A stretch of DNA of 42,914 bases, taken from positions 1 to 42,914 of IMG/VR virus record IMGVR_UViG_3300033475_000064. The stretch is one strand, 5' to 3'. The position numbers and the translations under genes were made by a program. Positions 1 to 9,227 of this stretch are shown in pieces. The notes under the pieces are model-generated. The model was not told the DNA's origin, did no database searches, and was given only the letters and a program-made list of their open reading frames with translations. The stretch comes from a virus (lineage: Duplodnaviria; Caudoviricetes). Numbering within the stretch: the first letter of the stretch is position 1; the number at the start of each line of letters is the position of its first letter.

Positions 1-127
1 CACGGCGGCCGCAATGGCCGCCGCTGAACCCCGCAACGGGAGAACGCATGTCCGAGGAGCAGCAGAACGAGGGCGCCGGTGACGGCTCGGAGAACGGCCA
101 GCAGGTCGGGGCCGAGCAGGAAGGCGG
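1..127. repeat. Terminal direct repeat (circular-assembly overlap), left copy
   Basis: 1-127 is identical to 42788-42914. 127 nt equals a common maximum assembler k-mer, and the junction joins the MuF-like gene to the scaffold gene in normal order. Confidence 0.95.
3..43 (+). promoter_or_regulatory. Twin pentaloop hairpins in scaffold leader; second overlaps the RBS
   Basis: CGGCGGCC-GCAAT-GGCCGCCG (3-23) and CCC-GCAAC-GGG (30-40); GGGAGA at 38-43 precedes ATG 48. Confidence 0.6.
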
Positions 128-764
128 CGGTCAGCAGGAGGGCCAGGAGCAGGGCGGTACCGAGCAACTCGGTGACGCCGGCAAGAAGGCCCTCGACGCG
201 ATGAAGGCCGAGCGCAAGGCCGCGCTGGCCGTCGAGAGGGCGACCGTTAACGCGCTAGCCGAGCTGCACGACAAGACCCCGGCCGAGATACGTGCCGCCA
301 TCAAGGGCGGCACGCTGGCCGAGGTGATCGGCAAGCCTGCGGTCGCGGCGGCCGACGGCCAGCAGCAGCCGGACGTCAACAAGCTTGTCGCGCAGGCCAA
401 GCGGGAAGCGTTGGCCGACGCGAACTTGCGCATCCTGCGCGCCGAGGTGCGTGCGGCGGCGGCCGGGAAGCTGGCGGACCCGGCCGACGCTCTCACGATG
501 CTCGACCTGACCAAGTTTGAGGTCGGCGACAACGGTGAGGTGGACCCCGGCGAGCTCGCCGATGCCATTGGCGAGCTGGTGTCCCGCAAGCCGTATCTCG
601 CGGCCAACGCCACCACGACCACCTTCGGCAAGTCCGATGGCGGCGTGCGCGGCGGCGGCAAGGCCCCGTCACTCGACGAGCAGATATCCACGGCCGAGAA
701 GGCCGGCGACTACAACACGGCGCGCCAGCTCAAGGTTGCCAAGCTCGCCGCCTCAACCAAGTAA
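48..764 (+). CDS. Capsid scaffolding protein
   Basis: Acidic Q/E/G-rich N-terminus, LGDAGKKALDAMKAER and GKLADPADAL...KPYLA motifs typical of actinophage scaffolds; directly upstream of capsid gene. Confidence 0.85.
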   Translation: MSEEQQNEGAGDGSENGQQVGAEQEGGGQQEGQEQGGTEQLGDAGKKALDAMKAERKAALAVERATVNALAELHDKTPAEIRAAIKGGTLAEVIGKPAVAAADGQQQPDVNKLVAQAKREALADANLRILRAEVRAAAAGKLADPADALTMLDLTKFEVGDNGEVDPGELADAIGELVSRKPYLAANATTTTFGKSDGGVRGGGKAPSLDEQISTAEKAGDYNTARQLKVAKLAASTK

Positions 765-812
765 CCCGTCCGGCCGGTGCGGCCGGCTGACATCCTGAAA
801 GGGGTGTGCACC

Positions 813-2009
813 GTGGCCGGAATCACCGGGCAGGGAACCACCTTCGGATTGCCCAACTTCACCGGCGAGCTGTTCGCGGCGACGCCGTCCGACACCCCGT
901 TCCTGTCCGCGATTGGTGGACTGTCGGGCGGCAAGGCCGTCACGTCGACCGAGTTCGAGTGGCAGGGCTACGACCTGCGGACCAACGGTCAGAACACCAA
1001 GGTCGAAGGTGCCGCGGCGCCGACGGCCGAGGAGCGCGTCCGGTTCAACGTGACGAACGTGTGCGAAATCCACCACGAGGCCATCGACGTCTCGTACACG
1101 AAGCAGGCCGCGGTCGGGCTGAAGTCCGGTTCGAACAACGACCAGCCGAACCCGATCACGTCCGAGCTCGACTTCCAGACCCAGCAGATGATCAAGCAGA
1201 TCGGCCGGGACGTCGAGTTCACGTTCGTGCGGGGCCACTACGTGAAGCCCAGCGACAACACCAAGCCACGGCAGTCCCGGGGCCTGCTGGAGGCGATCCA
1301 GACCAACGTGCAGACGATCAGCACGGCGACGGTCACGACTGGCTTCACCCTCCAGGCTGCCGGCGACACCGTGACGAAGACGTCGCACGGCCTGACCAAC
1401 GGCACTGTCGTGACCATGTCTGCGGTCACCGGTGCGACCACTGTCGTCAGCAACAACGCCTACTACGTCGTGGGCGCCACCACCAACACCTTCCAGCTGG
1501 CGCAGCTGCCCGGCGGCGCGGCGATCGACATCGACGTGGACGGCACCGCTTCGGTCATCACCAACACGTCCAGCACGGACCTGACGCAGGACAACGTCAG
1601 CGCGCTGATGCAGCAGGCGTTCGACAACGGCGGCATCCAGGAGGGCGAGACCGCGACCCTGATGCTCAACAGCTTCCAGAAGCGCCAGGTCACCAAGGCG
1701 TTCCTGGGGTCGGGCACCTACGTGCTCCAGACCCGCAACGTCGGCGGCGTCAACCTCCAGACGCTGGAGACCGACTTCGGCACGCTGAACCTGATGCTCA
1801 ACCGGCACATGCCGACCTCGCAGATCGCGGTCGTGTCGCTGGAGCAGTGCCGGCCGTGCTTCCTGGAGGTCCCCGGCTCGGGGCACTTCTTCCTGGAGCC
1901 GCTGGGCAAGGTCGGTGCGTCGACGAAGTACCAGCTGTACGGGGAGATCGGCCTGGAGTACGGCAACGAGAAGGAGCACGCCAAGCTCATCGGCCTGCGC
2001 ACCAGCTGA
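813..2009 (+). CDS. Major capsid protein (SU10/DUF5309-like HK97 fold) with inserted beta domain
   Basis: GTG 813 after GAAAGGGG; TPFLSAIGG, NVCEIHHEAIDVS, ETDFG, LYGEIGLEYGNE motifs. Confidence 0.9.
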   Translation: MAGITGQGTTFGLPNFTGELFAATPSDTPFLSAIGGLSGGKAVTSTEFEWQGYDLRTNGQNTKVEGAAAPTAEERVRFNVTNVCEIHHEAIDVSYTKQAAVGLKSGSNNDQPNPITSELDFQTQQMIKQIGRDVEFTFVRGHYVKPSDNTKPRQSRGLLEAIQTNVQTISTATVTTGFTLQAAGDTVTKTSHGLTNGTVVTMSAVTGATTVVSNNAYYVVGATTNTFQLAQLPGGAAIDIDVDGTASVITNTSSTDLTQDNVSALMQQAFDNGGIQEGETATLMLNSFQKRQVTKAFLGSGTYVLQTRNVGGVNLQTLETDFGTLNLMLNRHMPTSQIAVVSLEQCRPCFLEVPGSGHFFLEPLGKVGASTKYQLYGEIGLEYGNEKEHAKLIGLRTS

Positions 2010-2036
2010 TCGACACCACGAGGCCGGGAGGTCGCC

Positions 2037-2681
2037 ATGCCGCAGCCGTTCGCGACGACGGACGACCTCTCGGCCTACCTGGTCGCCACCGGCCAGCCGG
2101 CGCTCACCTCGGCGCAGCTGCCAGGTGCAACGTTCCTGCTGGCGGCAGCGTCTGCCGCGGTGAGGCGGGAGACCGGCCAGCAGATCACCGCCGGCACTGC
2201 CACCGCCGAGATCCAAGGGCACCATCTGGACGAGGTCGAGCGGTTCGCGCTCGCCGACCCGTACACCGTCAACCCCTGGGCTGGCGGATACGGGCGTACG
2301 CAGGTGCGGGTCCGAAGGGATCTGCTGCTGCCGCAGCAGCCTGTGCGCGCTGTGCAGGCCGTCGTGCTCAACGGCACGCCCATCGCGGATTGGGAGCTGC
2401 ACGGCGGGGCGCTGTGGCGTCGGTGCGGCTGGCCCGGTTGGGCCATGGTGACGTGGACGTACGGGTTCTCTGAGGTGCCGGATGACGTCAAGGGCTGGGT
2501 GCTGATGTCGTCGGCGGAAGCGCTGCGCGGCGCGGTGCCCGTGTTGTCGGAGCAGATCGTCGAGTACGCGTACTCGCGCGGCCAGGGCCTGCCGGGCGAT
2601 CACCTCGGCTACGGCATCGGCGCGCTGCGCGAGGCCTACCGGATCGAGATGAACACCGTGGTGCGCTCGGCGCGCTACTGA
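2037..2681 (+). CDS. Head-to-tail adaptor
   Basis: FATTDDL...AASAAVRRETGQQIT, VTWTYGFSEVPDDV; position after capsid gene; GGGAGG RBS. Confidence 0.75.
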   Translation: MPQPFATTDDLSAYLVATGQPALTSAQLPGATFLLAAASAAVRRETGQQITAGTATAEIQGHHLDEVERFALADPYTVNPWAGGYGRTQVRVRRDLLLPQQPVRAVQAVVLNGTPIADWELHGGALWRRCGWPGWAMVTWTYGFSEVPDDVKGWVLMSSAEALRGAVPVLSEQIVEYAYSRGQGLPGDHLGYGIGALREAYRIEMNTVVRSARY

Positions 2682-2696
2682 GCGAGGAGAAACAGC

Positions 2697-2951
2697 ATGG
2701 CCACCATCCACCTCGTTGACCTCGACGGTCGCGAGCACTGGGCCGACGCCGACAGCGAGTTCGCCAAGAGCGGCCTGGAGAGCGGGCACCTGCGGCCGGC
2801 CGGCGAGCCGGCCACCGAGCAGGTCGAGGAGACCGGCGAGGAGGCCGAGGATGCCACTGTGGAACAGGACGGTGACGGTGCGGACGCCGACGGCGACTCG
2901 GATGGATCCGGTCAGTCGCGTCGCTCTCCCCGCGGATCCCGTCGACGTTGA
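2697..2951 (+). CDS. Small acidic virion-module protein
   Basis: GAGGAG RBS; acidic body with basic C-terminal tail; overlaps next gene by 101 nt. Confidence 0.6.
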   Translation: MATIHLVDLDGREHWADADSEFAKSGLESGHLRPAGEPATEQVEETGEEAEDATVEQDGDGADADGDSDGSGQSRRSPRGSRRR

Positions 2952-3222
2952 GGGCGTGAAGGCCTTCCTGGCCCAGGACAACACGGCCAGCGTCGGTCGC
3001 GGCATCGAGAAGGCGGCCGATCAGGACACCACGATCTCCATTTACACCGCGGTGTTCTTCGATCCAGACCTCATGTTGGTCTCGAAGTCAGTGGTCATCG
3101 ACGAGGAAACAGGCGAGCAGTTTGAGGTGATCGGCAAGCCTGCCAAGCGGGCCGGCCTCGCCACCGGAACCGCGTTCGTCGCCGCGCAGTTGCGACTCAT
3201 CTCCGACCTGCAGGGGGCGTGA
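2851..3222 (+). CDS. Head-to-tail stopper (head closure)
   Basis: ATG 2851 after GGAGG; beta-rich with GEQFEVIGKP motif; stop overlaps next start. Confidence 0.65.
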   Translation: MPLWNRTVTVRTPTATRMDPVSRVALPADPVDVEGVKAFLAQDNTASVGRGIEKAADQDTTISIYTAVFFDPDLMLVSKSVVIDEETGEQFEVIGKPAKRAGLATGTAFVAAQLRLISDLQGA

Positions 3223-3554
3223 TGGCCGACATCGTGGGCGTGCGGGTCACGCTCGCCGCCGACATCGACAAGCAGGCCATGACGCTCTCCGAGTCGGACC
3301 GGATCCAGATCGCGGACGAGTGCGCGGCACAGATCCGCGCGGAGGCCACGGTCGAGACCGGCTCGTTCCGGGACCACGTCGAGGTTGTGCACACCGGCGG
3401 CGGACACGTCGCCGTCATCGACACCGACGACGGCGCCGAGTGGATCGAGTACGGCAACAGCCGGCAGCCGGCGCACTCGACGATGGTCGGCGTGATGTCC
3501 CGGTTCGGGAGGTACTCCGGGGTCAAGCCTCGCGGTGCCCGGGGCCGGCGGTGA
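3222..3554 (+). CDS. HK97 gp10-like neck protein
   Basis: ATVETGSFRDH and AEWIEYGNSRQPAH match the gp10 signatures (PVDTG.LR, A.yvEyGT..mpa). Confidence 0.75.
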   Translation: MADIVGVRVTLAADIDKQAMTLSESDRIQIADECAAQIRAEATVETGSFRDHVEVVHTGGGHVAVIDTDDGAEWIEYGNSRQPAHSTMVGVMSRFGRYSGVKPRGARGRR

Positions 3555-4003
3555 TCCCCAGTCAGATGCCGTGGTTTGGCGGCATCGTCATCAGCTTGCT
3601 CGCCGCCGACGCCGAGTTCATGGCGGCGTGCGGGTCGCGGCTCGCCGGCGCGTCCCCGTCGGACGTGTCGAAGCCGTATGTGACGGTGCAGACCGTGACG
3701 AACGGTCCGCTGGACGCGGCTGGTCGGGTGCAGGTGCCGATCGTTCAGGTCGCCGCCTGGTGCGCGCCGACGCAGAACGACGTTCAGGATCCGCGGCTTA
3801 CCGCCTGGGACATCGCCGCCGCCGCGCAGCGCGTTCTGCTGCTTGCCGAGCCGCTGCGCAACGAGCCGTACGGCAACGTGTTCTACAACGTCGAGCGCCT
3901 CGTCGAGGGCCCGCTGGACCGCACCGACACGTCCCGCGGCCCGAGCGAGCCGATCTACGGCGCGCTGATCCGCGTCGAGCTCAAGGTCAAGCTCGCCTCC
4001 TGA
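3551..4003 (+). CDS. Tail terminator
   Basis: GTGA overlap; PYVTVQ...VQVAAW pattern; immediately upstream of major tail gene. Confidence 0.7.
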   Translation: MIPSQMPWFGGIVISLLAADAEFMAACGSRLAGASPSDVSKPYVTVQTVTNGPLDAAGRVQVPIVQVAAWCAPTQNDVQDPRLTAWDIAAAAQRVLLLAEPLRNEPYGNVFYNVERLVEGPLDRTDTSRGPSEPIYGALIRVELKVKLAS

Positions 4004-4005
4004 TC

Positions 4006-4049
4006 GTCCCGGCCTCGGCTCCCCTGCACGAGGTCGGGACACCTTTCTT
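4006..4049 (+). terminator. Hairpin with pyrimidine tail between tail terminator and major tail genes
   Basis: GTCCCGGCCTCG/CGAGGTCGGGAC 12-bp stem (one G-U) followed by ACCTTTCTT. Confidence 0.4.
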
Positions 4050-4102
4050 CCGCGCGGGGGACGCGCTCGGCCGGATCCGGCCCCGTACAAGGAGAGGTCC
4101 TC

Positions 4103-4660
4103 ATGTCCACTTACGTCGACGCCGCCGACACCCGGCTCTGGCTGGACGGCGACGCGTTTCGGGCGCCGGCCGGCACCGCGCTCCCCGTCGACCCGTTCGC
4201 CAGCTCCCTCGCCGGCTGGGCCGCGTTCGGTCTGATCAAGGCCGGCTTCACGGTAACGACGGCCCAGAACATCACCAACCTCGACGGCTGGAACAACACC
4301 AGCGGCGCGCCGGTGCGCGTGAAGAAGGAACCGCCGCAGCCCACCATCAAGATGCGGCCTGAGCAGTACTCGGTGGCCACGGTGCTGACGCTGCTGCGCG
4401 GCGGTTCCATCACCAACGTGACCGGCAGCATCTACGAGATGGTGTCCGGCACTGACGAGAACTTCGCGCTGCTGCTCAGGGTCATCGACGGCACCGACAA
4501 GAAGGCGTACTACGTGGCCAAGGGGACCCTGAACACGATCCCCGAAGAGGTCATGGACGGCCAGGACCTCGAAGGCTGGGACCTCGAGATCACGCCGCTG
4601 CTGCCGGACGACGGCAGCAAGGCGCTCCGCAAGTTCCTCAACTCGAACCCGCTGGCCTGA
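4103..4660 (+). CDS. Major tail (tube) protein
   Basis: AAGGAGAGG RBS; APAGTALP...W..FG.I..G motif typical of actinophage tail tubes; precedes chaperones. Confidence 0.85.
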   Translation: MSTYVDAADTRLWLDGDAFRAPAGTALPVDPFASSLAGWAAFGLIKAGFTVTTAQNITNLDGWNNTSGAPVRVKKEPPQPTIKMRPEQYSVATVLTLLRGGSITNVTGSIYEMVSGTDENFALLLRVIDGTDKKAYYVAKGTLNTIPEEVMDGQDLEGWDLEITPLLPDDGSKALRKFLNSNPLA

Positions 4661-4682
4661 CGCCAGCCTGGAGGACAACACC

Positions 4683-5078
4683 ATGCAGGGGAACAAGAAC
4701 GAGGCGGCGGCGGGCCGCGTGATCGACCTCGACGCGCAGCTCGCCGCCCGCATGCTGGAGCCGGCACTGGTGCAGCTCGGTGGCCACGTCTACAAGGTGC
4801 GTACGGACCTGACGCCCAAGCAGGTCACGCAGGTGATGGCGCACTTCCGGGCCGGCGAGGACGTCAAGGGCTGGTCGGTGCTGCTCGGCGCGGCCGACGC
4901 GAAGCGCCTCGACAAGTACCTCGACGACCAGCCGAGCCAGAAGGTCGACTGGATGGTCCGGGCGTTGTGGCGCGCCTCGGTCGTGCTGGCCGGCTACGCG
5001 AAGGACACTCCGCACGAGCTCGTGCTGACCCCGTCGGCTGGCGAGGACGATGACGGGGGGGAATCCTCGGCGTCCTGA
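4683..5078 (+). CDS. Tail assembly chaperone (gpG-like)
   Basis: Between tube and tape measure genes; slippery GGGGGGGAA near its 3' end. Confidence 0.85.
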   Translation: MQGNKNEAAAGRVIDLDAQLAARMLEPALVQLGGHVYKVRTDLTPKQVTQVMAHFRAGEDVKGWSVLLGAADAKRLDKYLDDQPSQKVDWMVRALWRASVVLAGYAKDTPHELVLTPSAGEDDDGGESSAS

Positions 5079-5515
5079 TCGCCACCCTCTATGAGCGATG
5101 GGACGCCACCTTTGCCAGGTTGTGGCTCCGCTACAGGCTTTCCCTGCGCGAGGCGTGGTCGGCGATGCCGGCCGTCGAGCTGGTCGCCCTGATCCGTGGC
5201 CTCGACTCGTGGGGTGAGCACGAAGAGAACACGGCACGGCTGCTCGACATTCGCGCCTACGAGCTTGGCCTGGCGTGGCATGACCGAACGACTGACCCGA
5301 ACGACCCAGAGACGCTGCGGGCCCGGGCGCAGGCGAAGCGGGCCGGCCTGAAGCCGCCGGAGCATCCGCTGGTACCGCCGGTCGCACTCCGGCCCGCCGG
5401 CGCCGCCGAGCGACGGCTGGCGGAGTACATCGCCGAGGCCGAGCAGTACCAGCCGCAGCCGGCAGGGCCGCGCCAGGTGAGCAGTGACAAGTTCGACAAG
5501 GCCCTTGGCCTCTGA
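5055..5515 (+). CDS. Tail assembly chaperone -1 frameshift extension (gpGT-like)
   Basis: G7 run 5055-5061 then AA (G GGG GAA). The -1 frame is open from 5054 (GILGVLIATLYERWD...) to 5515. Confidence 0.8.
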
Positions 5516-5530
5516 CCGCCGGGGGTGAGC

Positions 5531-8500
5531 ATGGCCGGCGGCAAGATCGACATTCTGGTTGAGCCGGATGCGAAGGGTTTCGGGTCCAAGTTGGACTCGA
5601 ACCTCAAGAGCCAGACCTCCTTGCTAGGCAGCATCGGCAAGGGCGTCGGCCTCGCTCTCGCTGCCGGCACCGGCGTGGCCGCCGTCGGCCTGTCCAAGGT
5701 CATCGAGCTCGGCAACCAGTACAGCGCGAATCTCAACGAGCTCCAGGCCGTGTCCGGGGCGACCGCCACGCAGATGGCGGCGGTGTCGAAGACGTCCATC
5801 GCCCTGGGCAACGACCTGTCGCTGCCCGGCACGTCGGCGGCCGACGCCGCGGCAGCGATGCTGGAGCTCACCAAGGGCGGCCTGTCCGTCGCGCAGTCGA
5901 TGACCGCCGCGAAGGGCACGCTCCAGCTGGCGGCGGCCGCGTCGGTCGATGCGGGCACGGCAGCCGAGCTCCAGTCCAAGGCGCTCAACGAGTTCGGCTT
6001 GTCCGCGGACCAGGCCGGGCATGTGGCCGACGTGCTAGCCAACACGGCCAATTCGGCGGCCGGCAGCATCACCGACATCGGGTTCGCGCTGAACTACGTC
6101 GGGCCTGTCGCGCGGGGCTTCAACATCTCGATCGACGACACCGCAGCCGCGATCGGTCTCCTCGCGAACAAGGGTATCCAGGGCGAGCAGGCCGGCACGT
6201 CGCTGCGCGGGGTGCTGGCGTCGCTGGCGTCGCCGTCCACGCAAGCCGCGGCCGCACTGAACACGCTGGGCATCAAGGCGTTCGACTCGAAGGGCAAGTT
6301 CGAGGGCCTCGACAAGCTGATCGGCCAGCTCGCCGCGGCGCAGGGCAAGCTGACGCAGGCCCAGTTCCAGTCCGCCGCGGCGACGGCCTTCGGGAACGAA
6401 GGCTTGACCACTGCTGTTGCGTTGGCTTCCTCGGGCAGCAAGGCGTTCGAGGACATGCAGACCGCCGTGTCCAAGCAGGGCGGCGCGGCCGATGTCGCCA
6501 GCGCCAAGATGAAGGGCCTCGGCGGCGCGATCGAGGGCTTCCAGTCGCAGGCCGAAACCCTCGCGATCGACGTCTACCAGAAGATCTCGCCCGGCCTGGA
6601 AACCCTGGTGCGGGCGGGAACCACGGCGCTCGGTCAGCTCGACACCCAGGTCACCAATGCCCTCGACGTGGCCGTCGCCACGGTGTCGACGTTCGGCCCG
6701 GGGATCGTCAAGGCCCTGGACGAGAAGCGCATCGAGGTGACGCAGGCTGCCGAAGACCTCCTGTCCCCGTTCGTCGACGGCGCCGAAAAGGCCGTCGCTC
6801 AGACGGTCGGCGTGGTGGCCAACCTGGCCGGTGACGTCTCCGATGTGGCCGAAAACGCTGTCGCCGGCCTCAAGCCAGTGGCGCAGGCCGGCGGCGAAGT
6901 CGTGGACAGCCTGTCCAAGTCCGGCGGGGTGCTCCAGACCGCCGCGACCGGGCTGGACGGGCTCGGTTCGGCGGCATCGGCTGCGAGCGGTCTGCTGAAG
7001 CCGGCCGGCGACCTGGTCGGTTTCGTGGTCGGCGCAGTGGCGTCGCTGCCTGGCCCGGTGCAATCGGCGGCCGTGGCGCTCGTCGGCCTGAAGATCGCCC
7101 AGAAGGCGTTGGGCGACACGCAGATCCCGGTCATCAGCCAGCTGCGCCAGTTCTCGGGTGAGATGCGCGTGCAGCAGGACCTGGGCCTGCACTACGGCCG
7201 GACCCTCGACACCATGGGCGCGGCTGCGGCGGCGTTCAACACCAGCACGATCCCAGCAGTGGCGGCTGCCCGCTCGTTCCGCGACCAGGTGGTCGCGATC
7301 CGGGACGGAGCGGCAGCAGGTGGCACGTCGGTGTCGACGATGTCGGCGACGATCAGCGCGCTGGCCGAGCGGTCCCCGCTCGTGGCCTCGATGCGGGATG
7401 CGTTCGAGTCGGCGTCGAAGGGCGCCGAGCGGTTCGGCGCCACGGCCGGGCTGGCTGCGGCGGCTGGTACCGGGTTGAAGGCGGCGGCGGGCGGTCTGGT
7501 GTCCGCCCTCGGCGGCCCGGTCGGGATCGCCATCACGGCGGTGACGATTGGTCTGTCGCTATTGGGTGAGGCCCAGGCTGATGCGGCGAAGCGTTCGCAG
7601 CAGCACACGGACGCCGTGGACAGCTTGGCGTCGGCGCTGCGGGATTCGAGCGGCGCGATCAACGAGAATGTGCGGGCGGTTGAGGCGCAGGCGATCCAGC
7701 AGAACGACTCGTTCAAGTCCGCAACGGATTTGGGTGTGTCGCTGAAGTCCTTGACCGACATCGCACTTGGCCAGGGTGACGCACTCGATGGGGTCCGGAA
7801 GCATCTCCAGGACGTCATCGCGGCGAACAGCTCGGGCGTCGAGAAGATGGACCGGTTCGGCAAGTCGACCGGCAACACGACAACGGTCCTGAACGACCAG
7901 GGGCAGAAGGCCAAGGACCTGCTCGACGCCCTCGGGCCACTGTCCACATCGTACGATGACGCGACGAAGAAGAACGAGGCGCTGGCGGACGCCACGAAGG
8001 ACGGCAGCACGCCGGCGATGAAGGATTTCGCTGCTGCGATGGGCAACATCGCGAAGAACGGCAGCGACGCCGACACGGTGCTGCACAACCTTCGGGAGGC
8101 GTTCGATGCGTTGACGGGGAAGCAGCTCGATGCCCAGCAGGCACAGGCGGACTTCAACGAGACGATCGCCAACGCCACCAAGAATTTCAAGGACGCGGCG
8201 GATGGGTCGAAGGGCTTTCACGATTCGCTGATCACCGATGGCGACGCGGTGAACATTGCCACTGACAACGGCCGGAAGCTGAACGATGCTCTAAACCAGT
8301 CCAAGGACGGGCTGGACAAGGTTGCGAAGGCGGCGTTCGACGCGGCCCGGGCGCAGGGCGACGACCTGCCGACGGCGACGCAGAAGGCGAAGGATGCCGC
8401 GCAGGCGGCTCGGGACCAGTTCGTGGACTTCGCCACGAATGCGCTGCATTTGACCGGGCAGGAAGCTGCGGACCTGGCCGACAAGTACGGCCTGATCCCC

Positions 8501-9223
8501 ACTCTGGTTGCCACGCAGATCGCCACGCCTGGTATGAGTCTCGCTCAGGCCCAGCTGATCCAGTTGAAGCAGAAGTTCGACGAGCAGCCGGGCGTGAAGG
8601 ACATCAAGGTCACAGCCCCGACCGACGAAGCCATCCAGAACCTGCGCAACCTCGGCTTCACGGTCACTTCCACGCCAGGCAGCAAGGACGTCACCGTCAC
8701 GGCCAACACCCAGGCTGCGATCGACGCCCTGAACAACTACGTCGCCAACGGCAACAACAAGGTGATCACCGTTAAGGTGCATCTCCAGTCCGACGGGTCC
8801 GCCGTTCAATACACATCCGGCGGTGGCCGGGTCGCGGCAACGAACGCAGAAGGCAACCTGCTCGACTTCTACGCGGCGGGCGGCCTGCGGCCGATGCGCG
8901 GCGGCTACGCGACGGTGGTGGCGCCGAACACGTGGCGGGTGATCGGCGACAACATGCGGTCGCCGGAGGCGTACATCCCGCTCGATCGCAGCGATCGGTC
9001 GGTCGGGATCCTGTCGGAGGCGGCCAGCCGCATGGGCTTCGCGCTGATGCGGATGTATGCCTCGGGCGGGCTCGCGACGGCTGGCGCGTCCGGGGCACGA
9101 CCGGCGCCGGCGGTCTCGGCCGGGGCCACGATCAACCAGCAGGTCATCGTGCAGGACAACAGGTCCGCGTACGAAACAGGTCGGGTGGCGGCGGCCGCGA
9201 TCACCTGGCAACTGCGGAGGTGA
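5531..9223 (+). CDS. Tape measure protein
   Basis: About 1230 aa, Ala/Gly-rich helical; TP901-type core (GIQGEQAGTSLR); C-terminal YAAGG/PEAYIPL motifs. Confidence 0.95.
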   Translation: MAGGKIDILVEPDAKGFGSKLDSNLKSQTSLLGSIGKGVGLALAAGTGVAAVGLSKVIELGNQYSANLNELQAVSGATATQMAAVSKTSIALGNDLSLPGTSAADAAAAMLELTKGGLSVAQSMTAAKGTLQLAAAASVDAGTAAELQSKALNEFGLSADQAGHVADVLANTANSAAGSITDIGFALNYVGPVARGFNISIDDTAAAIGLLANKGIQGEQAGTSLRGVLASLASPSTQAAAALNTLGIKAFDSKGKFEGLDKLIGQLAAAQGKLTQAQFQSAAATAFGNEGLTTAVALASSGSKAFEDMQTAVSKQGGAADVASAKMKGLGGAIEGFQSQAETLAIDVYQKISPGLETLVRAGTTALGQLDTQVTNALDVAVATVSTFGPGIVKALDEKRIEVTQAAEDLLSPFVDGAEKAVAQTVGVVANLAGDVSDVAENAVAGLKPVAQAGGEVVDSLSKSGGVLQTAATGLDGLGSAASAASGLLKPAGDLVGFVVGAVASLPGPVQSAAVALVGLKIAQKALGDTQIPVISQLRQFSGEMRVQQDLGLHYGRTLDTMGAAAAAFNTSTIPAVAAARSFRDQVVAIRDGAAAGGTSVSTMSATISALAERSPLVASMRDAFESASKGAERFGATAGLAAAAGTGLKAAAGGLVSALGGPVGIAITAVTIGLSLLGEAQADAAKRSQQHTDAVDSLASALRDSSGAINENVRAVEAQAIQQNDSFKSATDLGVSLKSLTDIALGQGDALDGVRKHLQDVIAANSSGVEKMDRFGKSTGNTTTVLNDQGQKAKDLLDALGPLSTSYDDATKKNEALADATKDGSTPAMKDFAAAMGNIAKNGSDADTVLHNLREAFDALTGKQLDAQQAQADFNETIANATKNFKDAADGSKGFHDSLITDGDAVNIATDNGRKLNDALNQSKDGLDKVAKAAFDAARAQGDDLPTATQKAKDAAQAARDQFVDFATNALHLTGQEAADLADKYGLIPTLVATQIATPGMSLAQAQLIQLKQKFDEQPGVKDIKVTAPTDEAIQNLRNLGFTVTSTPGSKDVTVTANTQAAIDALNNYVANGNNKVITVKVHLQSDGSAVQYTSGGGRVAATNAEGNLLDFYAAGGLRPMRGGYATVVAPNTWRVIGDNMRSPEAYIPLDRSDRSVGILSEAASRMGFALMRMYASGGLATAGASGARPAPAVSAGATINQQVIVQDNRSAYETGRVAAAAITWQLRR

Positions 9224-9227
9224 GCCG

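Noticed and set aside
1-127. Terminal repeat as a biological direct terminal repeat
   Set aside because: Exactly 127 nt, cuts within the scaffold gene, and the HNH/terS layout points to ends elsewhere; best read as assembly overlap.
753-3005. Long antisense and shifted ORFs (e.g. 753-3005, 3197-4753, 25697-27454, 33768-35645)
   Set aside because: Shadow frames expected from high GC3 coding on the other strand; no motifs.
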